Shown piece by piece: positions 49,340 through 61,394 of a DNA stretch of 64,000 nucleotides. A model generated the notes under the pieces. That model saw only the letters and a program-made list of their open reading frames with translations, had not been told where the DNA came from and searched no databases. Within the stretch, counting starts at the first letter, position 1. Each line of letters opens with the position of its first letter. Position numbers and translations under genes: made by a program. Source of the stretch: Diplonema japonicum (Eukaryota; Protista; Euglenozoa: Diplonemea); NCBI GenBank assembly GCA_964019335.1, contig OZ025687.1, positions 496,001 through 560,000 of the forward strand, given 5' to 3'.

Positions 49340-49900
49340 TTGCCTTGTACTCATAGATCCTTAGATGGTGACTTCCCTTTGTACCTGCCTTTGTTCTTTG
49401 GCTTCCCCCCCGTCACCTCTGTTCCGACCGCTAGCGGCACCGCCTAGGTTGCTATCCCCTTGTCCCAGTTTTTATCTGTTGTTCAAATTTTGTCTTTTTT
49501 TTTTTTTTTTTTGTCCCATCTATGAAAAGTAAGGTGAATGGAGAAATATTTTAAAAAAGAATTAATTCTAGCAGTGGGAAGTGAAGGCTATCGAAGTTCC
49601 TTCCTACTCTTCAGTTCCGCTCTGGTTTCTTCTTTTTTTCTTTCTCCCTTACCTTTTCTTTCTTTGTTCCTTCCCCACCCCGCTTTTCCCAGCGCCCCTC
49701 CCTCATTGTCCCCTACTTTATTTTCACACCCCTTGAAAAAAACCCCCCCAGAAAAAGAAAAAAATTCCTCTCTTTGTTCTTTTTTTTGTCTTTTTTTTGT
49801 TGCCCCTCCCCCGCCCCCCCTCGGTTTTTTCTGTGTTTATATGCTGCGGGCAAAAAAAAAAAAAAAGACGGAGGGGAAAAAAAAAAAAAAAAAAAAAAAG

Positions 49901-50488
49901 ATGGGCGTAATCCGTGAGAAGCCCACCTGGATCAAACCCTTGGCAAGGGTGTTGGAGGGAAAACCTGCGTTTCACGCAAGCGGGCGTAAGGATGAAAAGG
50001 CCGGGGCGTACTTCAAGAGCGATGACCCCATGAGTTGTTTTGAAAGCGTGGCGGTGCCGAAGGTGACGGTGCAGGATTACCTGTATTTCCTGTATTCAGA
50101 GGTAAGGGAACCAGCTACCTGGCTGGCGGTGGCAGCATTGATATTGAGGATAAAGGAGAAGGGGGTTCTGCCGCTGACGCCCCACACAGCCCACAGGGTG
50201 CTCCTCGCGGCCCTTGTGGTTTGTGACAAAGCGCAATGCGACTTCCCTTGCCGCAACACCAAGTACGCAAGGATTGGGCTGACAAACCTGCAGGACCTCA
50301 ATGAGCTCGAGCGTGCACTGTTAATCTACGTTGACTTCACAGTGGTTATCCCCCTCTCTGAAGCCAGAGCCGCCAGAGCCTTCTTTACGACACCCCCTGA
50401 GAAGCGCACTGATTCCATATCCCCCACAAAGGGAAGGCTTTTGCTGCCACCATTGAATATAGAAAAGCTCCAAAGGTCGCTGTTCTGA
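49901..50488 (+). CDS. PHO80/P-type cyclin
   Basis: FESVAVPKVTVQDYL, TAHRVLLAALVVCDK, NTKYARIG..DLNELERALL..VDF. The true start is the ATG after the A-run. Confidence 0.85.
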   Translation: MGVIREKPTWIKPLARVLEGKPAFHASGRKDEKAGAYFKSDDPMSCFESVAVPKVTVQDYLYFLYSEVREPATWLAVAALILRIKEKGVLPLTPHTAHRVLLAALVVCDKAQCDFPCRNTKYARIGLTNLQDLNELERALLIYVDFTVVIPLSEARAARAFFTTPPEKRTDSISPTKGRLLLPPLNIEKLQRSLF

Positions 50489-50567
50489 AAAAAAAAAAAA
50501 AAGAAGATTCTTGCGTTAACCTTCTGCAGGTTCACTGGCTTGTGCAACAAACAAGAAACGATGACTT

Positions 50568-50607
<40 letters not shown>

Positions 50608-51305
50608 GCCCTCTTCTTTTTTTTTTTTAAGGGTATAAAGGGGAAAAAAGAAAAAAAGAAAAAAAAAGAAAGAAAGAGAGCTTACAAAAGAAAGGGGACA
50701 TTTCACAAGTCAGAGCGGGGTTTTTTTAAAATTTTTTTTTGTTCTTCTTTCCCCTGGCGCCACGCCGATGATCAATCTCACGGGTGGGAGAAAAAGGAAA
50801 AAAAAAAAAAAAAAAAAAAGAAAGTGACAAAAGAAGGGGAAGAAGAAAAGAAGAAAGAGGGGAACCCATACAAGTTTTCATTCCCGTTCTCCCCTCCACA
50901 GGATAACTTGCTTAAGATAAGGGTCCGTGTAATTTGGTTTTCTCTCTTTTTTTTTTCCACTTTTTTTTTTTTTTTCATGCACACTGAAACTTTATCGAAT
51001 TTTTTTTCAATCATGACCTTTGTTCTATTTACGTTCTCATTTTCTCTTCTTTTCCCCTCCTTGACACATGCTGTTAGCTTGATGGGATGGAGCAGGGAAT
51101 TTATCTGCTGACAGACAAGGAGTGGGAAAAGAACATGAAAAAGAAAAAGAAAAAAAAAGAAGAAAAAGAAAATACCTTTGGCCGGGAACAGTGACGTGTG
51201 CCTCTTACCTGACGAGTCGAGAGCTGTGTCCTTATGCTGAGTGCTACCTAGTACGGCCCTACCTTTGTGAATTTTCTTCTTTCTTCTTGCAGCGCTTCTT
51301 CCTCA

Positions 51306-51343
<38 letters not shown>

Positions 51344-51743
51344 AAACGAGCTATCTCAGGAAAACTCGTTTTGAACTCGAGGGGTAGGGGAAGGGCTGCA
51401 GTTTGTAGTTATATTTTTTTTCCCTCTCTTTCAGTCTTCATTGTTTTCTTGCCCTTCCCCCTCATGTGTGCCTTTTCTCTGTTTTTTATTTTATTTTATT
51501 TTTATTAGTTTCGTCTTTGTGTTCTATTACCACTCCTCGCTTTCTCTCTACTTTATTAGCTTCAAATGTGAATAACTGTTTTGCCCCGATGCGGACAGTT
51601 TTCTTCCCCCCCCCCCTTTCGATTGAATTTTTTTTCTCTTCAAAAAAAAAAGAAGGAGAACAATTGTAAAAAAAAGGGGGGTTTCTATTTCTTTTTTTTT
51701 TCAAGTAGCTATCATAGTCTGAGGGAAAATAACAAGAAAAAAA

Positions 51744-51746
<3 letters not shown>

Positions 51747-51816
<70 letters not shown>
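51747..51816. repeat. (TC)n microsatellite
   Basis: Uninterrupted TC dinucleotide run. Confidence 0.95.
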
Positions 51817-51822
<6 letters not shown>

Positions 51823-52067
51823 CCCCCCCCCCCTCTTCCCCCCCCATTTACGGGTAGATGTGTTCTGGTTTAATTAACTAAAAAGAAATATCAAAAATAG
51901 TATGAAAGAAATCAACAATGAAAAGAAAAGAAAAAAAAAGGGAGAAAAAATGTCACCCTTTGTCCCCCCTAGTAATTGTGAATAGAAAAGAAACCACTTT
52001 TCAAATGAAAAAATGGCAAATGTAATGTGTTGTTGCCTCGCATTTCCCTTTTGCTTTCTTTTTCTCT

Positions 52068-52099
<32 letters not shown>

Positions 52100-52988
52100 C
52101 CCTTCGAGAACGAGTCTTTGTCTTGTTTGAACAAAAGGGGAAAGTTGGCTACATGAAGTTCACCAGGTTATCTACCAGGCATGCGCAAACAACGACCACA
52201 CCATCATCTTCTTCTTCTTTTTTTTTTTTTCCTTTCCCCTTTTGCCATCATTCAGCACGTTAGTAAAATAACTCTATGAAAAGTAATGAAAGAAGAAGAA
52301 TAAGAAAAAAAAAAAAAACAAAACAAAAAAGGGGGGTGTTAACATGATTTCAAAAAAATATAAGTTTTCACTTTCTTCTTTTCTATTTCCCCCTTGGCGA
52401 TCAGCGAATGAAAGAGAAAATAATTTAAAAAAAAAAAAAGAAACCCCCCCTGACGGGTAAATTCACCATTTACTGGATGAAGCCGTGGCTCTAAATAGAA
52501 GCAATATTTATTTTTATTGTATCTATCCCCTTCCCTTATCCTGAGCCATCACCTAATGTGCCGTCAGATTGAAGAAGAAAATAAAATAAGAAGGTGTTTC
52601 TTTTTATCATCTTTTTGTACAGCGATTTAGCGGGGAAAAAAAAAGTATTTTTTTTCATTTCTCATAACGTAATTTATTTTAAAAAAAGATTTAATTAATT
52701 ACCCCCCCCCCCCCTCTTCCCCCTTTTTTATTATCAACAAATGAACTAAACGAGAAAAAAAAGAAAGCTATTTGTTACCAACAAATTGTCATAATTTAAC
52801 GAGAGTTAATCATGGCACATTTGGCGGTAAGTATTTTTTTTTTTTTTTTTTTTATCTTCCACCTTTTGTCATGTTAGCCACTCGCTGTACTTGGAACAAC
52901 AGAGCCAGAGTTGCTAACAACCCTTGGGGGGTTTGCGGGTTTACGCAAGAAAACAATGGCCACAACCCCTCTTTTTTTTTTCGAGATC

Positions 52989-53019
<31 letters not shown>

Positions 53020-53102
53020 CGAAAGGGGAGTCCTCTTCCCACTCCGTTGGGTTGCTGCTAACACCCCATAAAAATCCCCCCCCCCCTTTCTTATTTTTTT
53101 AA

Positions 53103-54904
53103 CCATCTACCAACGGACCATTTTTGCCCACCAGGGGGTAAATTTTCAAAACTTCAAAAAAAGCTATTCCAGCGCAACGCCGGGGCTATATGCCCCCGGA
53201 AATGCGTCCAGATGTCCCAATTCTAGAGAGAGGGTGCCCACAGCAGGGTCCACCCCCACAACATTGTCAAAAATATCGTTCCTGAAGTGCCCGAGAGGGG
53301 GTACAAAAACAAGTCAAAAAAAATCGACTGTAAAATTCTATAAAAAGCTATTTAAGGCCTTCTTGACGCGGTTCGTATGTGCCCCAGGCTGGGGGACTTC
53401 TTTTTTAACCCCGGGAGGGGTTTCTGGGGGGTATCCCCGGCAAGGTGGTAGTCTTTGAAGCACGGAGTCACGCAAAGTTGTACCAAGCAGGCTGAACACT
53501 GAAATAGGGGTCTTTTCGACTTGCAATGCTTGCACCGCACGTTGCACTACTTTTTCGGGGAAATGGTCCCAGAAGGTACTGTCACGGCGCATTGGGGTCT
53601 CAGGGCACTCGTTCTGTGTTTCGGGGCATGGTATTGGGGCAGCCTGCTCTGTAGTTGACTTTAACTGTTGTTTAGACTGCCTCCCTAGTAGCCCTTCGAT
53701 GACTGCCTCTTTGAAAGGCGTAAATCCACTGTCGTTCGTACTCAGGGTGTTGGGGGGCAATGCTTCTTTCCAAACAAGCCAAGCATTCGCCAGAGATTTA
53801 CCTAACAAGTACAAAAATACTTTTAGGGGCCACTTTTAAGTCATAAGGGAGCGTTTATGCGGCGTTTTGTCACAGCATCACCCAGCGTCGGTTCCGCCCA
53901 TTGCGGTGTTGTAAATATGCACTTGGTGGGGGGCGGGATGTCCTTTCCGGCTTTCATTCTCTTTTGGCGGACACGCCAAATTCGACTTCACCGGAACATC
54001 CAACGTCGATAGAAAGCACGCTGGCATGATGTCATGCCACGTTGTGGTGCAAAGGATGCTCGCGTGCTGGTGGAACTGGGTGTCCCCACGGGATGCGCGT
54101 CCTTGGGCATGCGGCCTCGATTCTTTGGGGCATCCATGATCTCCGGGAGGCCTTTGCGATAGGTAGAAGCACGCTTGTTTGTTTCGCTGTGGAAACACAG
54201 ATTTCCCAGAATAGTCAAAAAGCGGTCTCTTGACATGACGGTGGCGTACCCAGGGGTGTAGTTGAGAGACGTGGAGCCAGTGTGCCAGTAATCAGAATAA
54301 TCTGGCTTGATATCCAAGTCCATCGACAAAAGGACACCTAGGAAGGTATGCAGAGAAGCAGCATCGAGATCCAGGGAGACACCTTTTTTAGCCGCATTTG
54401 CCACATTGTTTGAAGTTATGACCCGAATAACGTTTGGGACGAGCATTTGGAGAATATATGGTATGGCGTTGAGCCTTTGATGTCAAAACAGGGTCCACAA
54501 GGATTCCGATCTTCACGAAACCGGATGCCTTCCAACTGCTCCGGCTTTGCCGTCCAATCACCCTGCTGTGACTCGGAATCGGTCGAATTCGTATCAGAAT
54601 CACTGTTTGTATCAAAATTGCATAATAGGGATGAGCCATCAGTGCTGCCATCACTCATAACGTCCTCTTCCGGCCTCTTTTCGGGCGCCTTTTTGAAGTG
54701 ATTTTTAAGGGTAAATTTGGGCTGGCGTTTTTTTTCATTTTTTCATTTTCTTGTTAAGTTAGGGCAGCATTTAGTTTATTTTTTTCATATTTTCCGCGCA
54801 GGACCCCGCCGGCAAGAAAGGGCCGGGCTGTATTGCATTGAAAGCCCTTTGCGTAAAAGATTTTTTTTCAAATCGTCTATATATAGACGCTCGTTGGTAG
54901 ATGG
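53103..54904 (-). mobile_element. Defective piggyBac-family DNA transposon
   Basis: Perfect 13-bp TIRs CCATCTACCAACG (53103-53115) / CGTTGGTAGATGG (54892-54904), flanked by TTAA (53099-53102) and TTAG (54905-54908). Confidence 0.9.
53352..54658 (-). pseudogene. piggyBac transposase pseudogene (frameshifts, stops, internal deletion)
   Basis: Fragments in several frames: acidic N-terminus, MSRDRFLTILGNL, RKGLP, WHD..FLST, YNTAMGGTD, KWPLKVF..NAW and the Cys-rich CKHC..QCSAC.VQLC..PCFKDYH. Confidence 0.88.
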
Positions 54905-55123
54905 TTAGTATTTTTTTTTTTTTCCCCTTATGGCGGAACAGAAGAAACACATGCAATTAAAAAAACCAAAAAAAAAAAAAAAATCAAACAAAAAAAAAAA
55001 AGAAAAAGAAGTTAACCATACCTACCTCATATCTCTGTCCCCCCCAAGGGGGAACACCTTGGAGGTATTAGGCACTGTTTTTTTTTCTTTTTTTTTTTTT
55101 AAACCCACAACACTATTTCTTCC

Positions 55124-55160
<37 letters not shown>

Positions 55161-55613
55161 CTTGCCAACCGATATCGCGATCCGAATAACGATTCCCTCT
55201 CCCGCCCCTCTTTTTTTTCCCAAGGGGCAGCAAGACCTTTTTGGTCTGGTCTAGGTGCGTGACGACACCTCCCTATAAGCGAGTCATTTCAGGAAAGTCT
55301 GTGTCAGGTGACGAGACACAGACCGACCTCTCAAAAATAGGGTTAACATGGGTTGCTTTTGAGACGAGGAGTGGTGTCGGCGCAGGTTAGAATTCACTGT
55401 GCCGATTGACTACAAACAGGATTTTGACTTGTTGTCACCCCCCCCCCCCCCCCCCCCCCCCCCACGTTGTTAAAACTTAGAACTGTCAAGTGCTTGCTTT
55501 ACTTTTTGACACCCGAGATCAGAGAGAAGGCGACCAAGCACGCCAACTGTTCCTTCATCTAGAAGGTACTTTTTTTTTTCTCATAAGAAAATACAACACA
55601 AAACACGCACAAA

Positions 55614-55648
<35 letters not shown>

Positions 55649-56318
55649 TCCCTTTTTTTTCCCCTCCCCCTTCTCCTCCCCTATTCATCTATTGTGCCTC
55701 GAAGAGGCACAAGAATTTTTTTTTTTATGTACTTCTATTTCTTTTTTTGTTATCTATTGCTATATTTTCCTATGGTTTTTTTTTTTCTTCTTTTTTTTCT
55801 TTTTTTTATTGTGCAGGGCGCCGCGAACACCGGCCTCCTTTAACTCTTATATTTTTTTTTTCTTGCAGAAGAAAGTGAAAAAGTTCTCAGAATTCTTTCT
55901 TTTTTTTTTAAAAGAGAGGGGGTAAAAAAAAAAAAGAGATTTCTTTCCTTCGGTTTCTTCTCTCTCCTCGCCTTCCCACTAAAGTCAGGTAAGGCCGGTT
56001 TTATATCGGCCACCTGTTGAATTTTCTTTTTTTTTTTTTTTTTGAAATATATTTCACCTCTCCTCCTTCCTTTCCCTGGCACAAAGTGCTCGATTCATCA
56101 CTTGGGTATTTATGTATTTATCCTTATTGGTATTTGAGTCAGAAAAAAAAGTTCTTTATTTTGAGCCTCTTTGAGAAAAAAATAAAAATCTTGCTAGCAT
56201 GTGTGTGCCTCACCCTCCTCCCAGTTACCTTTTTACACGTTTGCTTTCCTGTCAGGATGGGGCAATGAGAAATAAGTTGGGGAAAAAAAAAAAAAAAAAA
56301 AAAAATAGCTATTTACTG

Positions 56319-56852
56319 CCAACAAGTAATGACTTTACCGTTACCTCGAGGTCGGTAAAGCATTACTTGGCGGTAGGTAAGTGGTTTTATTTCACGACAC
56401 TCTGAAATTACTTCACCACGAGGGGCACAACAGGGTGACAAGGGGTACAACAAGAGGGGTTACAAAGGTTACAATACAAGTTGTTTTTCCTCCTTTTGTT
56501 GACTAAGAGCTGCCGCTGTCGCTGGCATTGCCACTGTTACCATCTCTAATCAGGCCTTCCCATACCTGGCGCGGCCGCTGGCTCCTTTTTTTTCTGCTGC
56601 TTCGGTATTTTGAAGTCATTTGGGGAGCTTGGGTAAGCTGACTAAGTTGGTCAATTGAGCTGAACCTGGGGGAAACTAGCAAACTGAGAGGAAAAAGTAG
56701 CCCCACTGGGAACCGAACCGAGGCAAAAATTGGCCTACCGAGGCATATTATTTAACGGAAACCCCCTATTACTTCACCGTGAAGTAATGAGATTTAGCGT
56801 GAAGTAATGGGCCCCCCGGTGCGTGAAGTAATTTCTGAAGAGTGAAATAAAA
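56319..56852. mobile_element. Non-autonomous inverted-repeat element with repeated GTGAAGTAAT motifs
   Basis: TTTTATTTCAC..GAAATTACTTCAC (~56386-56416) is inverted at ~56823-56852. The left part has a second copy at 35007-35173. Ends are approximate. Confidence 0.6.
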
Positions 56853-57380
56853 TAAATAAATAAAGAAACGCCATTAATTTCTGCGAAAGGAGGACTGCGG
56901 GGTTTCAAAAAAAGAAAAAGAGAAAAAAAAACCAATTTATTCCGGTCCCCCCCCCCATCCTTGTCCAATGCCATTATTTACTATCACTCTTCCTGAGATG
57001 AAAGGGGATAGTTAAAAGGGAACCTCGCCTCTCTTTTTTTTTTTTCCCCTCTTCCCTTCTTTTTTCCTGCGAAATTATTTCCTTTTTTTTTTCTTTTTCT
57101 TCCTTCTGTTGTACGTCTCATATCTCCAAACTCTCCAATCGATTTGTGCATTTTCAGAAATAGAATGTTGTGTTGGAAGGAGTCCTCTCATGGATTGAAC
57201 GGGGCCTTTTCAAAAGATTTCCTCCAAGTCAACCTTTGAAAGTTTTTAGATATGGTGCTACTCTTTTTTTCTTCTTTTTTTTTTCTTCTTTTGTTTTGTT
57301 GACCTTCCCTAAGAATAAGGCAAAACCCTGGCTGTGTAGTTTTTGCAACTTCCAAGACGTACTACATTGGGACCACACTT

Positions 57381-57420
<40 letters not shown>

Positions 57421-58631
57421 TCGCTTTTCAATGTCAACTTTATGGTACTTGCACAAACAAAAGGCTGAATAACCTTCTCCCTCCTCTCCTTTTTTTTTTT
57501 TCTCTCTCTCTCTCTTTTTTTTAAAGAATGTTTAAAAAGTAACCTCTCTCTAGTGGTTTTGGCGCTTCTCTTTCATCCTTGTTGCTATTTCCTTTTTTTT
57601 TCTCTTGACAATGCTTCTCAATAGGGGGAAAAGGAGAAAACGTCTTTTTTTTTTTTAAAAAAAAAGAAGAAAATACCAACTAGGTGCGCAAAAGTAAGAC
57701 AAGGAAGCAATGACTGATGATTCAGTGGCAGGGTTATCTCCCCCCTTTTTTTTTTAAAAGTTTTTTTAAGTGAAGAAAGGAGCGGGGATCCCACTGCAGA
57801 GAAACCCATTGTTTAGTAGTGCGCAAGCCTTACAGGCCTTCCCCCCTTTTCTCCTTTTCATTTCTTCTGTTCGCTGTCAAAAAAAAAAAAAAAAAAAGAA
57901 ATTTTCGCTTCAGTGCTCAAAGAGAAGACAACAACCACGACAACAACAACAACAAACAAAAAAAAAAAAAAAAGTGCTGCTTCACATGAACAAAAAAGAA
58001 ATCTCTTTCCAGGATAATGATTACCAGGTACCTAGGGCGACTTTCTAGCCCGGTAAGCATTATGTGAAACTCTACCTATTACGGATCCCTTTTTTTTTCC
58101 CCTTCTTTTTTTCATGCCCCCCTCCCGTCTAGCTGGTGCTCTTCTGCAACGCTGCGGAAGGGCATCTTCCCCTCTATTTCGAGAGGGTGGGGAAAAGGGG
58201 GGAAAAAAATTGAGGATTTGGGGAACACACTGTTTTTTCTTTTCTTTTTTTTCCCCCCCCTTAATGAACAGTGTGCTTCGTCATGTCACACTGGAGAAAA
58301 AAAAAACCCCCCCTCTTTTTTTACACACGAAAAAAAAAAAAAAAACATTGGGGTAGGGATATCTTTGAACCTACGTTCCCTTTGCTGGGCTCATCCCCCC
58401 TCCCCAAAAATTACACGAAATCACTACACAATTTCTGCTACAAATGTTGGTCAGTTGTTCGCTATTTGTATGGGGTGTGAGCAAAAAAAAAAAAAAGCTC
58501 CCGTTTGTAGGCAAATAGCGAACCTAGCTAATATTTTGAGGGGAAAAACAAAAGATTTTTATACCTTCTCTCTCTCGCTCTCTCTCTCTCTTCCCACCCC
58601 CCTTTCGCGAAAAAAAAAAGATTCTTTTTAA

Positions 58632-59018
58632 CCCCTTCAAGGACGGGAGGATATAACCAAAAAAAAAAGAAGGGAAAACAAATCAAACATCTTTGAACGC
58701 CACCGAAAAGTGCTTTTTTTTTTCTCTTTTTTTAAATGTCTCTTTTTTTTTTTTTTTTTTTCTTGCTTATTCGTGTTTGATGTTCAAATTTTGCCATTGG
58801 TCCGCCCATAGCACTTTTTTGTTTTAACAATATTATTGTCGAGACTAAAAACTAGTTGATGGCAGCGTAATGAGCTATTTTATGGTAAAATTCCGCTCGT
58901 GCGCACAGACAAATGGAGCGCCAAACTAGTTTTTTATGTTGTGTTTGTGAGGCCGAGGGCCTAGGGATTTATTTTTTCTTCTTCTTATCTGAATTATCAG
59001 TCTCCGATCCTTAAAGGG
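58632..59018. mobile_element. piggyBac-type MITE
   Basis: TTAA on both sides (58628-58631, 59019-59022). Imperfect TIRs CCCCTTCAAGGACGGGAG / CTCCGATCCTTAAAGGG. Internal inverted repeat AAAAACTAGTT / AACTAGTTTTT. Confidence 0.75.
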
Positions 59019-59740
59019 TTAAAAAAAGAAATAGAGTTTTCAAAAAAAAAAAAAAAAAAAAAAAAAAACAAGTTTACACTGTCCTTGCCCGAACTACGAG
59101 GAGATTGACAAAAAAAATGAGGGGAAAACTAGGGAAACAAAAGAGGAAAGAATTAAAAAAAAAAGTTTTTCTTCTTCTTTTCTTCCCCCAACCCCCCCCT
59201 TTTTTTTTGCTCTTTTTTCCTTTTAGAACGAATATTAATTTTTTCTTTTTCCATTTTTTTAACAGAAAAAGTATCAACTTTCTTTCTTTGTTTTTAAACC
59301 TATCTTCTTCTTTTTTTTTATAAAGATTATTACTGTGGGAAATAAAGCCGTACGGTATGCTAACTTTTGGGGGTGCAATGGAGGAGGGAAACGTTCTTTT
59401 GAAATCGTGAATGGTTTTGCTAAACCGCCTTTTTTTTTTCTTTTTTTCTTTTTCTTTTTCGCACGCCACTTCATGTAGCCTCGTCCACGGCTATACTGCC
59501 CAAAAAAAAAAACACGAAAAATTAGAAAATTGCAACACCCCGCCCCTCCCCTTGCCCACCCCAAATCAAAAGTTAGCATTCTTTGACTTTTTTCTTCTTT
59601 TTTTTTTTTTTTTTTACTTTCATTCCTTTCCCCCAGTAGCATATATTATTATTCTTTTTTTTCCTCATGAAAAAAAAAAAAAAAAAAAAAAAAAGAATTC
59701 CAACCACAAAAAGGCAAAAAAAAAAAAAAAAAAAAAAAAA

Positions 59741-60631
59741 ATGTCAATCGTTTTAAGAGTAAAGCGAAGGCTGGAAGAAGAGTCCCCAGCGAAGATCATA
59801 TTGAATGGGAAGAAACGCAAGATCAACGTGGGCTCTGATGAAGATGGAGAAAAAAAAATGGAAGAGCTGACTGGCCTGATGGGCAAAATAGACGAAGGGA
59901 GAAGGGTGTTTTACTTGAAACACAAAGACAACACCAGGCAGACCACCAAGAGGAAACGTGAGCATACTACCGAACCAAAACAGCAAATCAGCAAAAAACC
60001 AAACGTGAAACGAGAAAAAGCAAATGTAGTCATCGAACTTGACACGGCCCACGACGACGATGAATACAGAATCGACGAGTACGAGATGCGGAGGGAAGGA
60101 GTCTTTGAAGAAAGCACCGAAGAGGAAGAACAGATAGAAACATTCGACATCGACCTCACAATGGAAGAGCTCGAAGAATTATTATACACAAAAAAAAAAG
60201 TAAGCTGGCGAGACGAAGCAGAAGAAGACAGTGAAGATGAAATGAACTCCAAGAATGACTACCCTTCCAGTGATGAAGAAACTGAGGAAGACGAAGACGC
60301 TGACCCAGTGGAGCTCCATGGCCCCCGCGGCTTTGCGATTACAGGGGAGTCTGACCTTATCTGCGATGGTGCCCTTGACGACTTCAACCCCCCTACCAAC
60401 CACTGCCAGGATCTTATCAATGCTTTCGAGGCTGAGGAGGATTCCCCCTTCACCTACAACGACGGGTACGACCACTACACCTTGCAGGCAGAGTCCGACG
60501 GGCTTGGCTACGGGACAGGCGGCCAGCTTCGTGATCTGGTAGAGCGGTTCAGCAACATCGCCTTCGACCCCAACGATATGACAAGCGATTCTGAAGATGG
60601 GTTTGGCTATGATGATGATGATGATATGTAG
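59741..60631 (+). CDS. IWR1: Iwr1/SLC7A6OS-like RNA polymerase II nuclear import factor
   Basis: N-terminal VLRVKRR..P..I...KKRK and the acidic motif EDSEDEMNSKNDYP. The start is the ATG after the A-run. Confidence 0.72.
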   Translation: MSIVLRVKRRLEEESPAKIILNGKKRKINVGSDEDGEKKMEELTGLMGKIDEGRRVFYLKHKDNTRQTTKRKREHTTEPKQQISKKPNVKREKANVVIELDTAHDDDEYRIDEYEMRREGVFEESTEEEEQIETFDIDLTMEELEELLYTKKKVSWRDEAEEDSEDEMNSKNDYPSSDEETEEDEDADPVELHGPRGFAITGESDLICDGALDDFNPPTNHCQDLINAFEAEEDSPFTYNDGYDHYTLQAESDGLGYGTGGQLRDLVERFSNIAFDPNDMTSDSEDGFGYDDDDDM

Positions 60632-60832
60632 GGGGGGGGGGGGGGGGGGGAGGGTGCCCTTCTGCCGAGACCGTGCTGATAGGGGCATCTTTCCAGTGCC
60701 ACCCCCTTTTCTTTTTCTATTTGATCACTGAGAGTCGTCCTCCCCCCTTTTTTTTATTGTGCAAAAAAAAAAAAAGAAAAAAAAAAGAAAGAAAAAAAAA
60801 AGAACCAACAGGAAGAAGAGAAGAAAAAAAAA

Positions 60833-61057
60833 ATGTCGACTCAGGTGTCAGCTGACTTCATCTGGAGGGTGGTCAAGGGGAACAACGCTTTCCTCAAGAA
60901 GCAGAGGTTCGGGCGTGGGAAGGAGGGCGCCAAGCTCAGCACTGAGAGCAGCAACCTGCTCTCCTCCAGCTCCTTCAAGTACTCCGGCATTGCGCACAAG
61001 GGGCTTGGCATGCAGCTTTCTACTAACGGTGTGGTGTTCTCGCGCAGGTATGACCAT

Positions 61058-61147
<90 letters not shown>

Positions 61148-61306
61148 GGTCTGAAGGACGCCACCAGCACGACTAACAAGTCCACTGGTGCCGCCGTGCG
61201 TATCGCCAGCAAGGGCCGCAAGGACTTGAAGACTGCTGCCAGGGCCAGGGCCCAGAGGCTGAAACGTCTTGCAACCAGGAAGACCAGGAAGACCTGGAAG
61301 GCATAG
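60833..61306 (+). CDS. RPL28: 60S ribosomal protein L28e; intron 61048-61146
   Basis: SADFIWRVVKGNNAFL, NL....SFKYSG, RKDLKTAARARA. The HT-repeat in the ORF is an in-frame (CA)n intron. Confidence 0.9.
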
Positions 61307-61394
61307 AATCGTGAGTATCAGGGTTTCGTATTTCACCACTCCACTCTACTACTCTACTCCACACCACTCACACTCACAGACACAGACAGGAGAG

